Of a stretch of DNA of 64,000 nt, positions 37,301 to 49,408 are shown piece by piece (the stretch's first letter is position 1; each line of letters begins with the position of its first letter). The notes below the pieces were generated by a model that saw nothing but the letters and a program-made list of their open reading frames with translations, made no database searches and had not been told where the DNA came from. Made by a program: the position numbers and the translations under genes. The stretch is from Geosiphon pyriformis uo1 (Eukaryota; Fungi; Glomeromycota). Location of the stretch: positions 886,459 to 950,458 of the forward strand of contig JAAOMT010000009.1 of the NCBI GenBank assembly GCA_016748015.1. Direction: 5' to 3'.

Positions 37301-39032
37301 CACCCTTCCATTCATACGGTTTGGGAATCATCGAAACCCAAGCTTCTCTCTAAGGGCCAGAAACAGATTCCTCAGACAGGCAAAAGTTCAAAAGCACCAA
37401 GAGCATATTAAGAACTGAAATATCACAATGCTTCTAAAGCTCATTCGAGATACCCGAAAGGCCAGCAGCTTTGCTATCCGGCAGGTTGGAAACAACCTTA
37501 AACAATTCATCGAAGTCGATTACACCCATTACACCAGAAAAAGCTTCGTCGAAAACATAACCCAAAAAACAATACTGGTAAGACCACTTATCATTAACAT
37601 TGAGCACCACCCTTTGCTTTCTAGTCCAGCCTTCCATAATCTCATCCACCTTAGACTTTACAGGAGCAGGATCCAACACCAGTTCATCCCTCACCACCAA
37701 ATGATCTAAAACTACTTTGCGGAAGGGTCGTTTCAAAACACTACATACAGTATGACCTTTGTTCAACTCAAAACTCTCCATTCTCTTGTCAATTGCCGAC
37801 TTGATCTGAGATTCTTTGGCATGGTTTGATTCTGACAACTTAGATGAATGGTAAGATTTCCTTATCCTGGCCAAAGCTGAATGAATGACATCAAAATGAG
37901 AACCCGAAAAAAAGAGAGACTTCACAACAAAAGCATTAGCAATATCAATTCCCTTTCATGTGCCAAGTAGAGAAACAAATTCCTCATGAGAAACCAGACG
38001 AGGGGCTTTGACAATCTTTGACACCAAAAGTTCTAATTTGTGAAATCTGAATGATTCTCTATTATAGATACTGTCAAAACTCTTAAACCATTTTTTTTTG
38101 AAAACGTTCTCAGCCGACAAACACACCACTTGGCAAAGGTGACTCCACATTGTGTCCAGGTCCAAACATATCTTGGCAGCATAAAATTTATCATGGAACA
38201 TGGCAGCATTTGCCGAAGTATCCTCTTTAAACTTGATCCAATTGGCATCACCAGCATTCACAAAATTATACTTCCAATGATCTTTATTTGCTTGATTGCA
38301 CAATGAGTTCAACTGCACATCCAGCAAACCACCAAGACCCATGGAGACAGAAACAGCTTTATGATCAGTGTCAAAATACTCTTCGACACCAGACACATCA
38401 TGATCCAAAATTGCGTTAACAAGACTTGACAACACAAACACATAATCAATAACTTTAGCCACTCCATGAGAATTGTTCCACGTAGCATCCTTTCCAAACA
38501 AGCTTCCACTCAAAGAGTTGACCAAACCCAAATCAAAGCATTTTTTTAAGCTGGCACTTTTGCGAGAACCATCTTCATTGAAGTCACCACTCAAGATAAT
38601 GAAGGAAGACTCATTTACCACCCTCGTGATCAAAAAATTGATATCATCTGCCTGAGAGAAACGTACTGTCAAAGATGATCCAGCATATAGTCCCAAAATT
38701 GACACAGACAGTTTATTTTTGAAGAGAAGCTTAACAGAAAGAAACTGGCCAGGAATGTCTAAAATCTTACACACATGCTGAGCCAAGAAATTGTTTATAA
38801 TGATTGCAACCCCAAAACTCATGTGACCAGAAACCAAACCAGAAGTAAAAACCCGAATGCCAACAAACTTGTTCATAATCCAAGGATGAATCCCATCTTT
38901 CAACTTAGTCTCAGTAACAATTGAAATCATATTGTTCATTTCTTTATGCCAATGAATAATATCCTCCTGTTTCGCAGGATTGTTTATACCCCTAACATTA
39001 CACGTGGCAATTTTCCAAATATAACTGGTCAT
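34328..39032 (-). pseudogene. LINE C ORF2
   Basis: APE (TCNVRG, TETKL, GDFN, IDYVF, DTDH); RT (QDMRK.YDSV, FVDD); RNase H (YTDGS, AELQ, FSDSQ, KVKGHSGISGNEHAD); CLYCGDVEVSDHVFSC. A 17-bp tandem duplication at 35707-35740 causes a frameshift. Confidence 0.93.
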
Positions 39033-40936
39033 TGAGATGAGAAGAGGACCAGAGAACCCGAACCAGCACACATCTGCTCCAACTTCGCCAAAATTGAACC
39101 AATAGAGGCATCGAGAGCAACCAACTTTGATTCTAAAACACCAACTTTAGAAGTTAGCACCTTGGAACTGCTATGACCCAATTGAGAACTATCATTGCTA
39201 GAAGGGAAAGAAATGGGTTGAGCCAAAGGAACATCTAACACCATGTTGGAATCCAAGTCAGAGTTAGCCACCATAAGAGAACCAGAGACGGACAATTAAG
39301 GAGTATTTACTGGAGGAATCATATTAGAAGGAGGAGCTAAAAGCACCAAACTGAGATTGTTAAAATGAAGAAGAATGTTCGAAATTTGATCAAATAAAAG
39401 CTCTACAGAGCATTCCAGACGTGCCAAATGCACACCCAAAAGGGCATCGACCATAGAGAAAGGAGGAGGGGTACCACCAAAACTCGAAGCACCAATGAGC
39501 AAAGAACCAGAACCAAAGCCATCAAGAGGACCATAAGAGACCAAAGCAACTGAGACCACTTGGGCCCAGGATTTGCCTCCAAAAGTAACAGGACGAGAGA
39601 TCAGAACCTTCTTTTTAGCATACAATTTGGCCAACTGGAGACAAGTATCCAAGTTAGCAGGCTTTTTAAATAACTTGGGTGACTGAGAAACTGATGCAAC
39701 CTCAGCATCACATTCCAGAGCAGAATGACTGAACTTCTCACACCATTCACAGTGAACTAAATCCAACCTAGCCCATGAGAGTTTCACTCCACCAAAGATC
39801 GGCTCCATGTGAAAAGCTGATTCCATAGCTTCATCAGATTCAAAACATACCACAGCACAGCGTGTTCTGTTGCCAGTCTCCAATGAATGATTGATGACAC
39901 AAGTTTTCCCACCAGTCCCTTCCAATAGATTCCCAAGATCATAAGCTGTCGTTCCCACCGGCAAAGTAAACAGAAGTGCCTTGAATTGATCTCTAAAAGC
40001 TTATGTCTCATGATCTCTCACAGCCTTGGCCACATGCACAGAATCTTTCCCAACTAGGAAAGATCATTTTGACGCCAACAGATCAGCCTGGCTAGATTTG
40101 GCAAACTCCACTACAGCCTTCTGCCACAGCCCAATTAACTGAACTTTGATAGACACAATCTGACTATACTCGGATACTGCGGCGATAATCATTTCTTTTG
40201 GCGTATTCATGGGAATTTTCTTGATTACTATGGTCCGATTTGAGTGAATTCCTTGTTTCTTAAGATTGCTGTTTACTATGATGTTATTTTCCTTGGCCAA
40301 TGATGCGGCCTTTTCCAAGCTCTCTGATGAAGTAAACATCAATCTGATGATCCCTTCAAATTTTGAGGGGGTAGTGGCCCCCCCAAAACTGTTGATTTTT
40401 GAAAACAATTTCCTAATCAATTGAGTTTTCACAGTCGCTGATTTGTCTTCTACAGTTGAGAGATTAATATCTAATGCAAAGGACTTCCTAACAGCAACTT
40501 CTACTTGAGATTTAACAATTTTGGGATCCAACCACATTTTTTCTAAAGGAATACCAAGAGGAGGGGGGAGAGAACCGCCATCTTCATCATTCACATTGTA
40601 ATCTAACAAACCAAGAGGGGAGCCGCAGTCCAAATTATTCTTAACTCTCTTTGCCTTAGGAGTTGTTGCAGCCAAGCCAAGAAGAGACCCATTATCACTG
40701 CCAGCCAAGATGCCACCAGCAACACTGTCACCAGAATCACTCTCCATATTCGAGTATTGATTTCCACCAGAATGAGGTTTGGCCAAAACAGCTTTGTTTC
40801 TATCACCAGACTGACTCATATGGTGAAAGGAAACCCTTTTTTTTTGAGAGGAGAGACCACCAACAGAACCAGAAGAAGCATTAACAGGAGCTTTTTTATT
40901 TGACATACTATTGCCAGAAGCAGTTTCCAAGTCCAC
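39029..40936 (-). pseudogene. LINE C ORF1
   Basis: ORFs 40064-41005, 39296-39964 and 39029-39295 are in one frame; CEWCEKFSHSALEC. Confidence 0.9.
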
Positions 40937-41199
40937 AATAAAAGGATTATTTGTAAGAGAAATATTGAGATACAGCAAGTGAAAAACAAAAAAAACTACT
41001 TTCAAAATATGACTCTTTTTTAGGAATTTGGGATAAAAGAGAGAAAGAGTTTTTTATAATTTAAAAAATAATATTTTATTAATTTAATCTTTGTAAGATA
41101 TTTTAATAATATAATTAATTTAAATTATGTGTTAAAACAAAACTTGTTTTGTTATTTAAATTGTTAATAATTAATTAATATTTATTATAATTAAATATT

Positions 41200-41640
41200 A
41201 ATTTAATTAATATTTTATTATTATTATTATTTACAATTAAAATATAATTAAATACTATAATTAATACTAATATTATAAATTTGGTAAAAATATTAAAAAC
41301 CAAAAAAAGTCAAAACTCTATTTTTTACAAGAAAAAAACTCATGTTAAATCAAAAAAAGTGGTTTAAAAAACAATAAAAAAACTTTGAATAAAAAAAAAA
41401 CTTTACTTAAAAACAAAAAAAATGCTTTTTTAACAATAAAAAATTGCTTTATTTTTGTATTATTTAAAAAAATACACTTTTTAATTGTTTTTACAATTAA
41501 AAAAACTTTTTGAGTAAATGCATTATTAAAAAATGTATTCATAAAAATATGTAAAAAAAAGGTTGGCTTATTATTATTAATAACTAATTTGTAAAAACAA
41601 TCCAAATATATAAAATATATTAAAGTTTTATAATCAATTT
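41200..41640 (-). mobile_element. Hypermutated fragment R3, probably the 5' part of the ORF1-only family
   Basis: The reverse complement of 41400-41530 resembles 56570-56690; extreme AT content. Confidence 0.5.
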
Positions 41641-41677
41641 AGAATTTTAAAATGTTAATTTAAGTTTGTTATTATTA

Positions 41678-41803
41678 TATCAATTTTAATTAAAACCAAA
41701 CATTTCAAAATTTATCAATTTTATTAAAAACCAAACATTTCAAAATTTATCAATTTTATTAAAAACCAAACATTTCAAAATTTATCAATTTAATTAAAAA
41801 ACA
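41678..41803. repeat. 35-bp minisatellite, about 3.5 copies
   Basis: AAAACCAAACATTTCAAAATTTATCAATTTTATTA repeated at 41692, 41727 and 41762. Confidence 0.9.
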
Positions 41804-42164
41804 AATTTATTGCAACCATTCTAAAAATAATTGCAATTGAAAATCAATCTCTTGAAAAGTTTCAACTCAATTTATCTTTATAATTTGATCATGTAATAAA
41901 AATAATGGAATTGTAACATACAATTAAGTAGATTCATAATCTATTATTTAAAAAATGCTCAAAGTGCTATAGCAGACTTTCTTGAATGATGCACTACGTT
42001 ACTAAATTTAATTTCTATGATATAGTAATTCTCTTACATATCCAAATGCAGTTGCATTGGTTTATTATAATTTACAAAGACCAAGAACACTAAATCCTAA
42101 TATTAAAATGGTATTATACGTATCGATACCATGTATGACTTACATGAGAGTTGAAAATTTTAAA

Positions 42165-44701
42165 TCATTCTAAAGACTCGGGGTTGTCGTCAAGATCCAT
42201 TTCCTTGTCTGTTTCACCCTCATCAGTTTGAATTGCAAGTTCGTCTTCCTCGTCTTGACTTTCTTCAATTTCCTCCATTGATAGTACTTTAGCCTTTGCA
42301 GCCCTGGGGGTCGATCTATTAATGATTTCAATTTCCCAAAGTTTTTTAGTCATTACAAATGAATCACTTATTACCTAAAAACAGATTACTCACTTTCGTG
42401 TGGGTGTTGTTGAACCTACTGGAAGTTTCCTTCTTTTCTTGGGAGATTGCTTGGAAGATTGTGCGCGAGGTTTTCGTGGAACCTGATAAATAAGGAAATT
42501 CATTGTCAATCAGGTTAATGAAGTTGGCAAAACAGAATACACACCTTTTCTTGCTTGGTATGACTGGCCATATGCCTTTTTTCTAGAATCTTCATAAAGT
42601 CTGGGGGAATATAATTACGCTTCATTATCTTTGAAGAGAGGCAATGGATCAGAAAAAGGTAAAAACAAAAACAAAACAGATAACAAAAGGAATTTATTGA
42701 GCCAATTTGTATGCACCTGTTTACTAATTTCGGCATTAGGCAAACTTTTGAATAGATCTCCGGGAAGTTTTACCTGACCAGGATAAGAGAGCAATGTCCA
42801 AGATGATGTTTTGCATTTTTCTCGAATGATGTGTTGAGTTAAATCACTCAATAGATATAAATTCTGAATATAAGGCAAAGCTGGAAATTTTTGGAATTTG
42901 AAAATTTAAATAATAAAAATATCTAATCCTCAAATATTACCTCGGAGTCTTCCTTGTAGGGATTTGCATCCTGGACTTGCTTGATGCGGCCAGTAATATA
43001 ATATAAAAATGAGATATTCTCTGCGTTTGCAATGGTTTCCAAGAAGAAATCAATATACCTAGAAAATTTATCGGTGGAATATTATGTTTCATTTTTATAA
43101 TGTCTTGAGAAATTACTACGATATTGATGTACATACTTTGTAAAATCAGCTAGATAATTCGATTCCGAGGAAAAATCGGGATGATATGACAAAAGATAAA
43201 TAAGTCGTACTAAGGACATCTCGAAGAGCAAAGGGGCATTTTCTTTTCGATGAAAAAATAAGATAACGAGGTTAGTTAGTCATACGAAATATATGAAGCA
43301 AATTATAAAATTTTTAAACATACTGACTTTGGACCTTTACGGCAGATAAATGTCTGATTAGGAACACCCTGACCTATATGTGGCCAATTATAAAGATAAA
43401 AATATCTGGCAAACTCGAGAGATCCAAGGCTGAGAATTTAATTTAAAAACTGACCATGTCTCTTATATCTGGTGCTGGCTCATGAGCAATCAAAAAGAAT
43501 ATAGACAAAAATCGTGCACTAAGCTGAAATCCTCCACAATATTTAATCAATCGAGCAGCAAACCCATAACGAACTTGATAGCATGGATCCTAAACATTAA
43601 AATTGGTTAAGAGACAGAAAGAAATCACGGGAAATACTAGAAGGTAAAATCCGATTGGTCTTTTTAAAACATGAGCCAAATATTTCAAACCTGAATCATC
43701 AATGCTAATTCTTGGAAATCTGTGGCAGATATCATTTTATCATATGATTTTTGGCGCGCTAGTTTTAACAACGCGCGAGCAGCAGCTAGTCGCAAGCGGC
43801 TCAGGAATGGTTTACTATAAACACATTAAATATGTTAAAAGCTCCAGAGACTTTTGAACATAAACAATCAGTTATTACCTGGTGGATTGATCAGGAAGTA
43901 TTTCACCATTTTCTCTTATGAACCTCCATAATAGTTTTATTACGCTTTTCACCGATTCGTCGGAGCTTTTCTCCTCCGAAATCACAAGTAAACGATTCAC
44001 GAGAATTTTTAGCCCAGTCACCTATTTACACACATTCGTCAACGTAATATATGATGAGCAAGTAAGCAAGCAATAATAGCAATATATTTTACCGAATAAG
44101 ACTATCAAATACAGAATACAAAGGCACCTTTGCTTTGCATTCATCATCCAAATCCTCATCTTCAACCCAATCACGGTCGTCTAACGCAACCTTTTAAGAA
44201 ATAATTTGTTCATATGTAGACCTTCACACCTTAAGCTTCAAGAGATCTTAATAAATTGAAAATTACTTGGTGTGTATTTTTGAGAATAAGTTCCTTCACA
44301 ATAAAATTGGCAATGGCTTCATTTTGTTCTTCATATTCATTCGAAGAATAAAGCGCCAATTCTTGTAATACACAAAGGTGACCCATAAGGTTTTTAGAAT
44401 CTGCTGATAGACTTGGGACGATTTTCTTTCATTGACAGATGTATCAAAATGTAAATATATGATTGCTCTAATAAACAATTGACAAAAGTATAAAATCACC
44501 TGTAATAAGTCGGCAAAGATTTGATCTCTGTCGCGCATTTGGCCCAAAATGATAGTTGCATACTTAGCTTGACGAAATAATCCATTCAGGGCTACCTCAG
44601 CCAAACGTTGTTTGAATAAACTATAAGCAGAAGATATAGTTGAGATTTCAAAGATTCATGATTTTAAAACATTTTATAGATACGAAACATCAATTAATTT
44701 A

Positions 44702-44752
<51 letters not shown>

Positions 44753-47700
44753 TAACTTATCTTGAGGGGTCTCATCAGGAAAAGCCTTGGAGAAATGGGA
44801 GAGTGCTTCCAAACTATCCACAACTAAAACGTTTGAAATAGGTATATTACACCGACACTGGAATCTTCACAAATACAAGGTTCCTACCCAGAGTTTCTTC
44901 AACATCTTCGAAAATCAAACTCATCAGCTCGTCAAGGTAGGGTCGATAGAGAGCAGGAAAACGTGAAGATATATCCTTAAATCGAGAAACAATTTAAGCA
45001 AACTAAAGTTTCAAATTCAACGCGTGAAATCGAATCCGATATTAATACCTTAATCAAATCGCGTGCAACTTTTCTGGTATCACGAGATTGATCTGGGTGA
45101 TCAAGTGCCATTTGAAATTTCATTTTGTTTAAAAGTCCAGGAATAAGATCGTGATTGATGATAGTTAGGCTAATACGACGAAGAAGTATTGAAAACGTTT
45201 CCAAGAAAGAAGCCGACAATTCTTCAATTATTTTTAAAGCATCTTTCTGTTGAGAAGAGCAAAAAAAAATTTGATATCGTTAAAATATATTCCAAGCAAA
45301 CACTCTTATTAAATCGCAAAGATTTAACATCCAGATATGTAATAATAATAATAATAATAATAATAACAACCTTAGACTTTAGCACTGTTTTGTAATCAGA
45401 CATGGGATCCATACAATTCTTTATAAGTTTGTAAAGGCTTGGGTTTTTGATTTTAGCCAAACCTGAAAGATGGTTGATGGTCTTTGGAGGATCTGGGAGT
45501 TTATCTTTTGAATAATTTTTAAGGCTTAAGTATTGTCACACCCAGCCACTGAGAATAAGCATAGTTCCAGGTTTTGTTGAAAAAATTGGCGCTTACTAGC
45601 AATGCGTTTTATTATTTGATCAAGTAAAGAAGAAAGCTTTTCATCATCTTCCCTATCACTTTCGCCCTGAATACCAACCGCGGTTTAGTACATTTGATGT
45701 GTTCCAAAAAGGAAATAAAAAAGAATGTATCTAAAACTCACTTTGTAGTCTTCACTTAGTCTCATAAATACCTCCATGTCAGAGATAGCGCTTTTTCATG
45801 TGAAGATAAAAAATGGTCAATAAGCGTTTTTTCGAGGGTCACTCAAAAACTGATGAGAAAGGTTCAATAGCTTACTCTCTTTGTCTCTGAAATAAAGAAA
45901 AAAAGCCCTTTGTTGCCTTTCCGTCCATTGATTCCAGGACATTGAGGATTCGATCAATTCGAAGGTAATTTTCATTGTTTGGGGGTAATATGGCTTCTTC
46001 TAAAGCCTTTTCAACACATGCACTGACGTAGTAAATGATTCATAAAATCGGAATGAATATAATGACCAGTAGATGATCGGAAGTGTAATAGGTTTTAGAC
46101 TTGCTTACACAATTTCATTATCGTTCGTATAAAGCGTATTTAATATTTCTGTCGGAATCCAATTGAATTTCGACATTCCTATCTCATCATTGTTAATGCT
46201 GCAGCGACAAAAATATTTCAGGGAGATTAGGTTAAAGATTGGAAGAGAAAAAAAATTGCTTGATTACTAGAATGTGAATGTGAATGTGAATGTGAATGTG
46301 AATTTTATGCTTACATATCAGGATATCCCATATTGTATAGTCTGGCGAGAGCATTAATCGCCTCTTGTCTAACACCGTGCTTTGAGTTATAATTAATGAT
46401 GAGACGGGTAACTCTACACTAAAAAAAGTACGAGTACGGTCACAATATAAAAGGTTGTTCCTTACTTTTCGATCCCGACAACGCTTAGCCAGTTCGATTA
46501 ACAGGTCGGCGTCGACCAATTTATGTACAGTCTCGTAATCAATTTGACCCAAAACCTTGCAGAAAGCGATGCGAACTTTTTCGTCAGGATCCGACATTTT
46601 TGATTTTATCGCGTCTGAAGAAATGTTAATAGATTCTAAGATGACTTGTCTAAAACTTTTCGACAAAACAATAGTGAGGTGACTTCATACCATTTACTTG
46701 TTGTGATAATTCGGGATGATTATGATACAAAGGAATACAATATTCAGCCCAAGCGGTTCGTACGGCAGCCGCTTTATCGTTACGCCTTTGAGTTTATAGG
46801 GTAAAAAATCTCAATATATGCTTCCAGATCACATGATCTTTATCAAAAATAGAAAGCAGACCTCGAGAGCCAAACCCTCCAGACAGTCTCATTTCGCAGG
46901 GCTAAGGTGGAGCCTTTCTCGGATAACATCTCCCCAAGAACTTGAGTTGCGAGCATTCGTAAGTTCAAGTCGTCAAGCTAAATAAATTTTCAAAAAGAAT
47001 CGTCATCAGATCCAAACTTTCTTGAAGTATCAAAAAAGTTTTTAAATTCACTGACTTTTAGTTCCTCTTCAAGTTGTGGTATGACATTTAATAATAATCC
47101 AGGAGCTGATCGATTGAGCTCTTTGATTAAATCGTGGGCTGTCTTGAAATCATGCAATTCTTGGGCGGTGGTCCGAGATTTTTCTTCGGCGACAATGGCT
47201 TCCATAAAGTACTAAGAATGAGTACAGACTTTAACATTTCAAGTTATGGTTTTCAACATTGAAGAAGAGCAGTCAGGGATGCATGGAATATTGTTTAATC
47301 ACCTGACACACATAATTTTGAAGTTTATCAGTTGTTGCCCTACAAACAGCACTTGCTAATTGATAGGCAGCAGGATTTTCCTCCTATTATTTTAAAAGCA
47401 ACAATCAATCAATCAATCAATCAATGGAATGGTTATCAAGAGAGAGCAACTGTGTTAAACCAAGGCTTACGATAGTCTCTCTTAAAAAATGATAAAGGAT
47501 AACATCAATGACTTCTTGAGGTAAAGCGGGCGCATCCTCTATCAATTGTTGCATGATATCAACAAAATAACCTTGAACAAGTTTCGGGGTGTTGATTCTG
47601 CAAAATAGAGACTAGAGTGTGAAAAAAATGATTGCTCGTGAGTTTTTAATTAATTTAACCAAGACCTTGGATACTTACTTGATTGCCGAGAAAAATTTAC

Positions 47701-48366
47701 GAAATAGCTTCGTCATGAGTTCTTCGGAATTTTGTAAATCCAATATGAGCAACAGAATTTTAACGTTGGCCAAATTCTCCAACAAATAAAAATACGCGTC
47801 AAAATATGGATCGGCATCATCCGTGACAAATTCAAGTTGTTCGACAAAAAACTCAAAAATTTCCTGACGAAAAAAAAAAGAAAGCAAAGAGCTGTAAGAA
47901 TTCTATGAAAGTTTTCAAGAACTATTATAAGACTTTGAAGAAACCATCTACCTTAAGCTCTCGGTCTGTATAAGGTGCGTCCGGCGCGTAAAGCCGTAAC
48001 AAGTCAGCAAGGCAAGAAGCTACATATGACTTAACCCCTTTATCTTTATGTTTAATAAGATTTGACTGTATGAGTTCTCTTGTGACAGCGTTCAAAGAAT
48101 CAGTAACCACCACGTCTTGGTCGAGACCAACGAGTTCTTTGTGAAGGTTCTTTAGTTTTCAAAAGGTGCCAACTATAAGTCAAAACTGACTGATCACCTA
48201 GATAAAAAAAAGGCTAAAAAAATAAGATTCGCGTGGAAAAGATAAAACTTGCCTTTAAACGTTTCAAAACTTCGGTTGTGGAAAGTTGTTTTGTAGGTGA
48301 CGAAACCAACTTCTGTTTAAACTGGAGGCGAACCCCTCGTGAGCCAGTAGCTTTGCCAGCAGCCAT
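42165..48366 (-). CDS. PDS5: Sister chromatid cohesion protein Pds5 (HEAT-repeat cohesin regulator), multi-exon (>20 introns)
   Basis: Exon 1 48366-48253; exon 2 48149-47952 (LIKHKDKGVKSYVASCLADLLRLYAPDAPYT, the Pds5 hallmark); exon 3 47863-47679. Later exons include PGLLLNVIPQLEEELK, DPDEKVRIAFC, RLAAARALLKL and LLSYPGQVKLPGDLF. Acidic tail ends at TGA 42165. Internal exon boundaries not fully resolved. Confidence 0.93.
44702..44751. repeat. (TTA)n microsatellite in a PDS5 intron
   Basis: About 16 perfect units. Confidence 0.95.
46270..46302. repeat. (GAATGT)n microsatellite in a PDS5 intron
   Basis: About 5.5 units. Confidence 0.9.
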
Positions 48367-49408
48367 ATTTAAATTAATTTATATTTCACGCGTTTTTTAT
48401 TGAGGCTCGTTTTCAGGAAGTAATAATACCCAAAATACTACGGACAATGACTTCAATTTCTACTTGGGACTGAAAAGTACCAACTATTGTGACGTAAGAT
48501 AATTGAGGAAACGGTCAAAGGTCCTTTCTTTGCCACGGGACTATATATGATCTGGTATACTAGAACTCAAGGGCCTGACAGTTAAAATTTCTGGATCCTA
48601 GTCACCTCGAAGACCGGTAATCCAAGCTAGATCTAATCGATATTGAATAGTTTCATGGTTATCGTATCAGTAGAAAGTAATTCTGAGCAAATCAGAAATA
48701 AGGTCACACATAAGATGTGGGACCTAAACAACTGAAAAATTTATCCAGGAAAGCATACTTGCGTCAAAAGAAAGTATTTTTCATAATCAAATTTATCAAG
48801 AGAGATTTTATTTCCAAATTCCAATACATATTAGAAATTGAGGTGTCAATCCCGATATTCTATTTTAAATTTACCTGGAAAAGAATACCTAGGGTGTGAT
48901 TAATATGAAGTGCTAGATATTTAAGTACTTTTAAATAAATAAGTGAATTTAAATGTAATTCTAAAAAAAAAAAAAAAAAAAAAAGTAAATATGCGATAAA
49001 TGCATCATTTAAAATTGGTGTGAGGGCTCCAATAAAGTAAGAGGAAAAAGAGGAAAAAGAGAATAAAGGTAATTGAAGGTGTATCTTACAAGTAAACAGA
49101 ATGAAAATGGGAAATTTCAATAATGATCAAGATAAATAAGAAAGAAATACGGTTGATAAATAGTGATTCGCAAAAATGCGGGGGAGAATTTTAATTTAAA
49201 AAGAACTAGGTAATATCTAAATCAATTAAAAGTCATTTAAAAAAAAAAAAAAAGGATATCCTGATGATGACAATGATATATTGAAATTACTTTTTGTCAC
49301 AGTGGAACCTAACAACACTCTTGGGCGGATGATCTGTATGCTTCAACCACTTTCGCGTACTGGATGATTCTTACACAAACAAACGCCTCGAAATCTACTT
49401 TCTTCAAA

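Larger units (their letters stand above)
34199..41060 (-). mobile_element. LINE C: full-length, uninterrupted APE-RT-RNaseH-CCHC non-LTR retrotransposon (inactivated)
   Basis: ORF1 40936-39029, ORF2 39032-34328, 3' UTR, poly(A) (T-run 34199-34209). The 5' boundary is approximate. Confidence 0.94.
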
